Source: Octopus bimaculoides
Taxonomy: Eukaryota
Length of the DNA stretch: 33,763 nt
Reading direction: 5' to 3'
Assembly: GCF_001194135.2 (NCBI RefSeq)
Contig: NC_068987.1
Span: forward strand, 70,092,528-70,126,290
This document shows, piece by piece, positions 33,355 to 33,763 of this stretch. A program made the position numbers and the translations under genes. The notes below the pieces were generated by a model, which had not been told where the DNA came from, ran no database searches, and was given only the letters and a program-made list of their open reading frames with translations. Each line of letters opens with the position of its first letter. Position 1 is the first letter of the stretch.

Positions 33355-33684
33355 ATTATCATTATAATTATTATTATTATTATTACTATCATCATCATCA
33401 TCATCATGGTTGTTGTTGTTACTATTGTTGTTATTATTATTAGTATGCGTTTTGGCGGTAGTGGTGATGGGCGTGGAGATGGTGTTACTGCTATGTTTCC
33501 AGGGGTTTTATTTTCTTTCATTTTGCTGAAAAATTCTACCCATTACATATATTTAAGAAAATAATAACAATAATGATAATGATGTTATAACAACAACAAC
33601 AACAACAACAGAATGCACGCACACAGACACATACATGCCTACCTAGACAGGCATACACTCATCTACACTTACACCCACACCCAG

Positions 33685-33720
<36 letters not shown>

Positions 33721-33729
33721 GCATATACA

Positions 33730-33763
<34 letters not shown>
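33355..33763. repeat. (ATT)(ATC)(GTT), (AAT/AAC), (AT), (CT) microsatellite cluster
   Basis: Directly visible. Confidence 0.85.

Overview
AT-rich, microsatellite-dense eukaryotic genomic DNA with six assembly gaps. The SINE families match, from memory, those of octopus (coleoid cephalopod) genomes. The window is mostly intronic or intergenic. It holds about a dozen tRNA-derived SINE copies (two families recognisable), a Penelope-like GIY-YIG fragment, a decayed mariner 5' end, probable LINE remnants, two hammerhead-ribozyme-like motifs, an intron-containing tRNA-like pseudogene (anticodon TTT), a 41-bp near-perfect hairpin, and a CpG/ACTAC-motif-rich region near 19.9-20.4 kb that looks like a divergent promoter. 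No intact protein-coding gene could be named; a few short candidate exons are given at low confidence. Most ORFs in the supplied track are artefacts of microsatellites or N-runs. Repeat-family names and boundaries are by eye and from recall, not from database searches.
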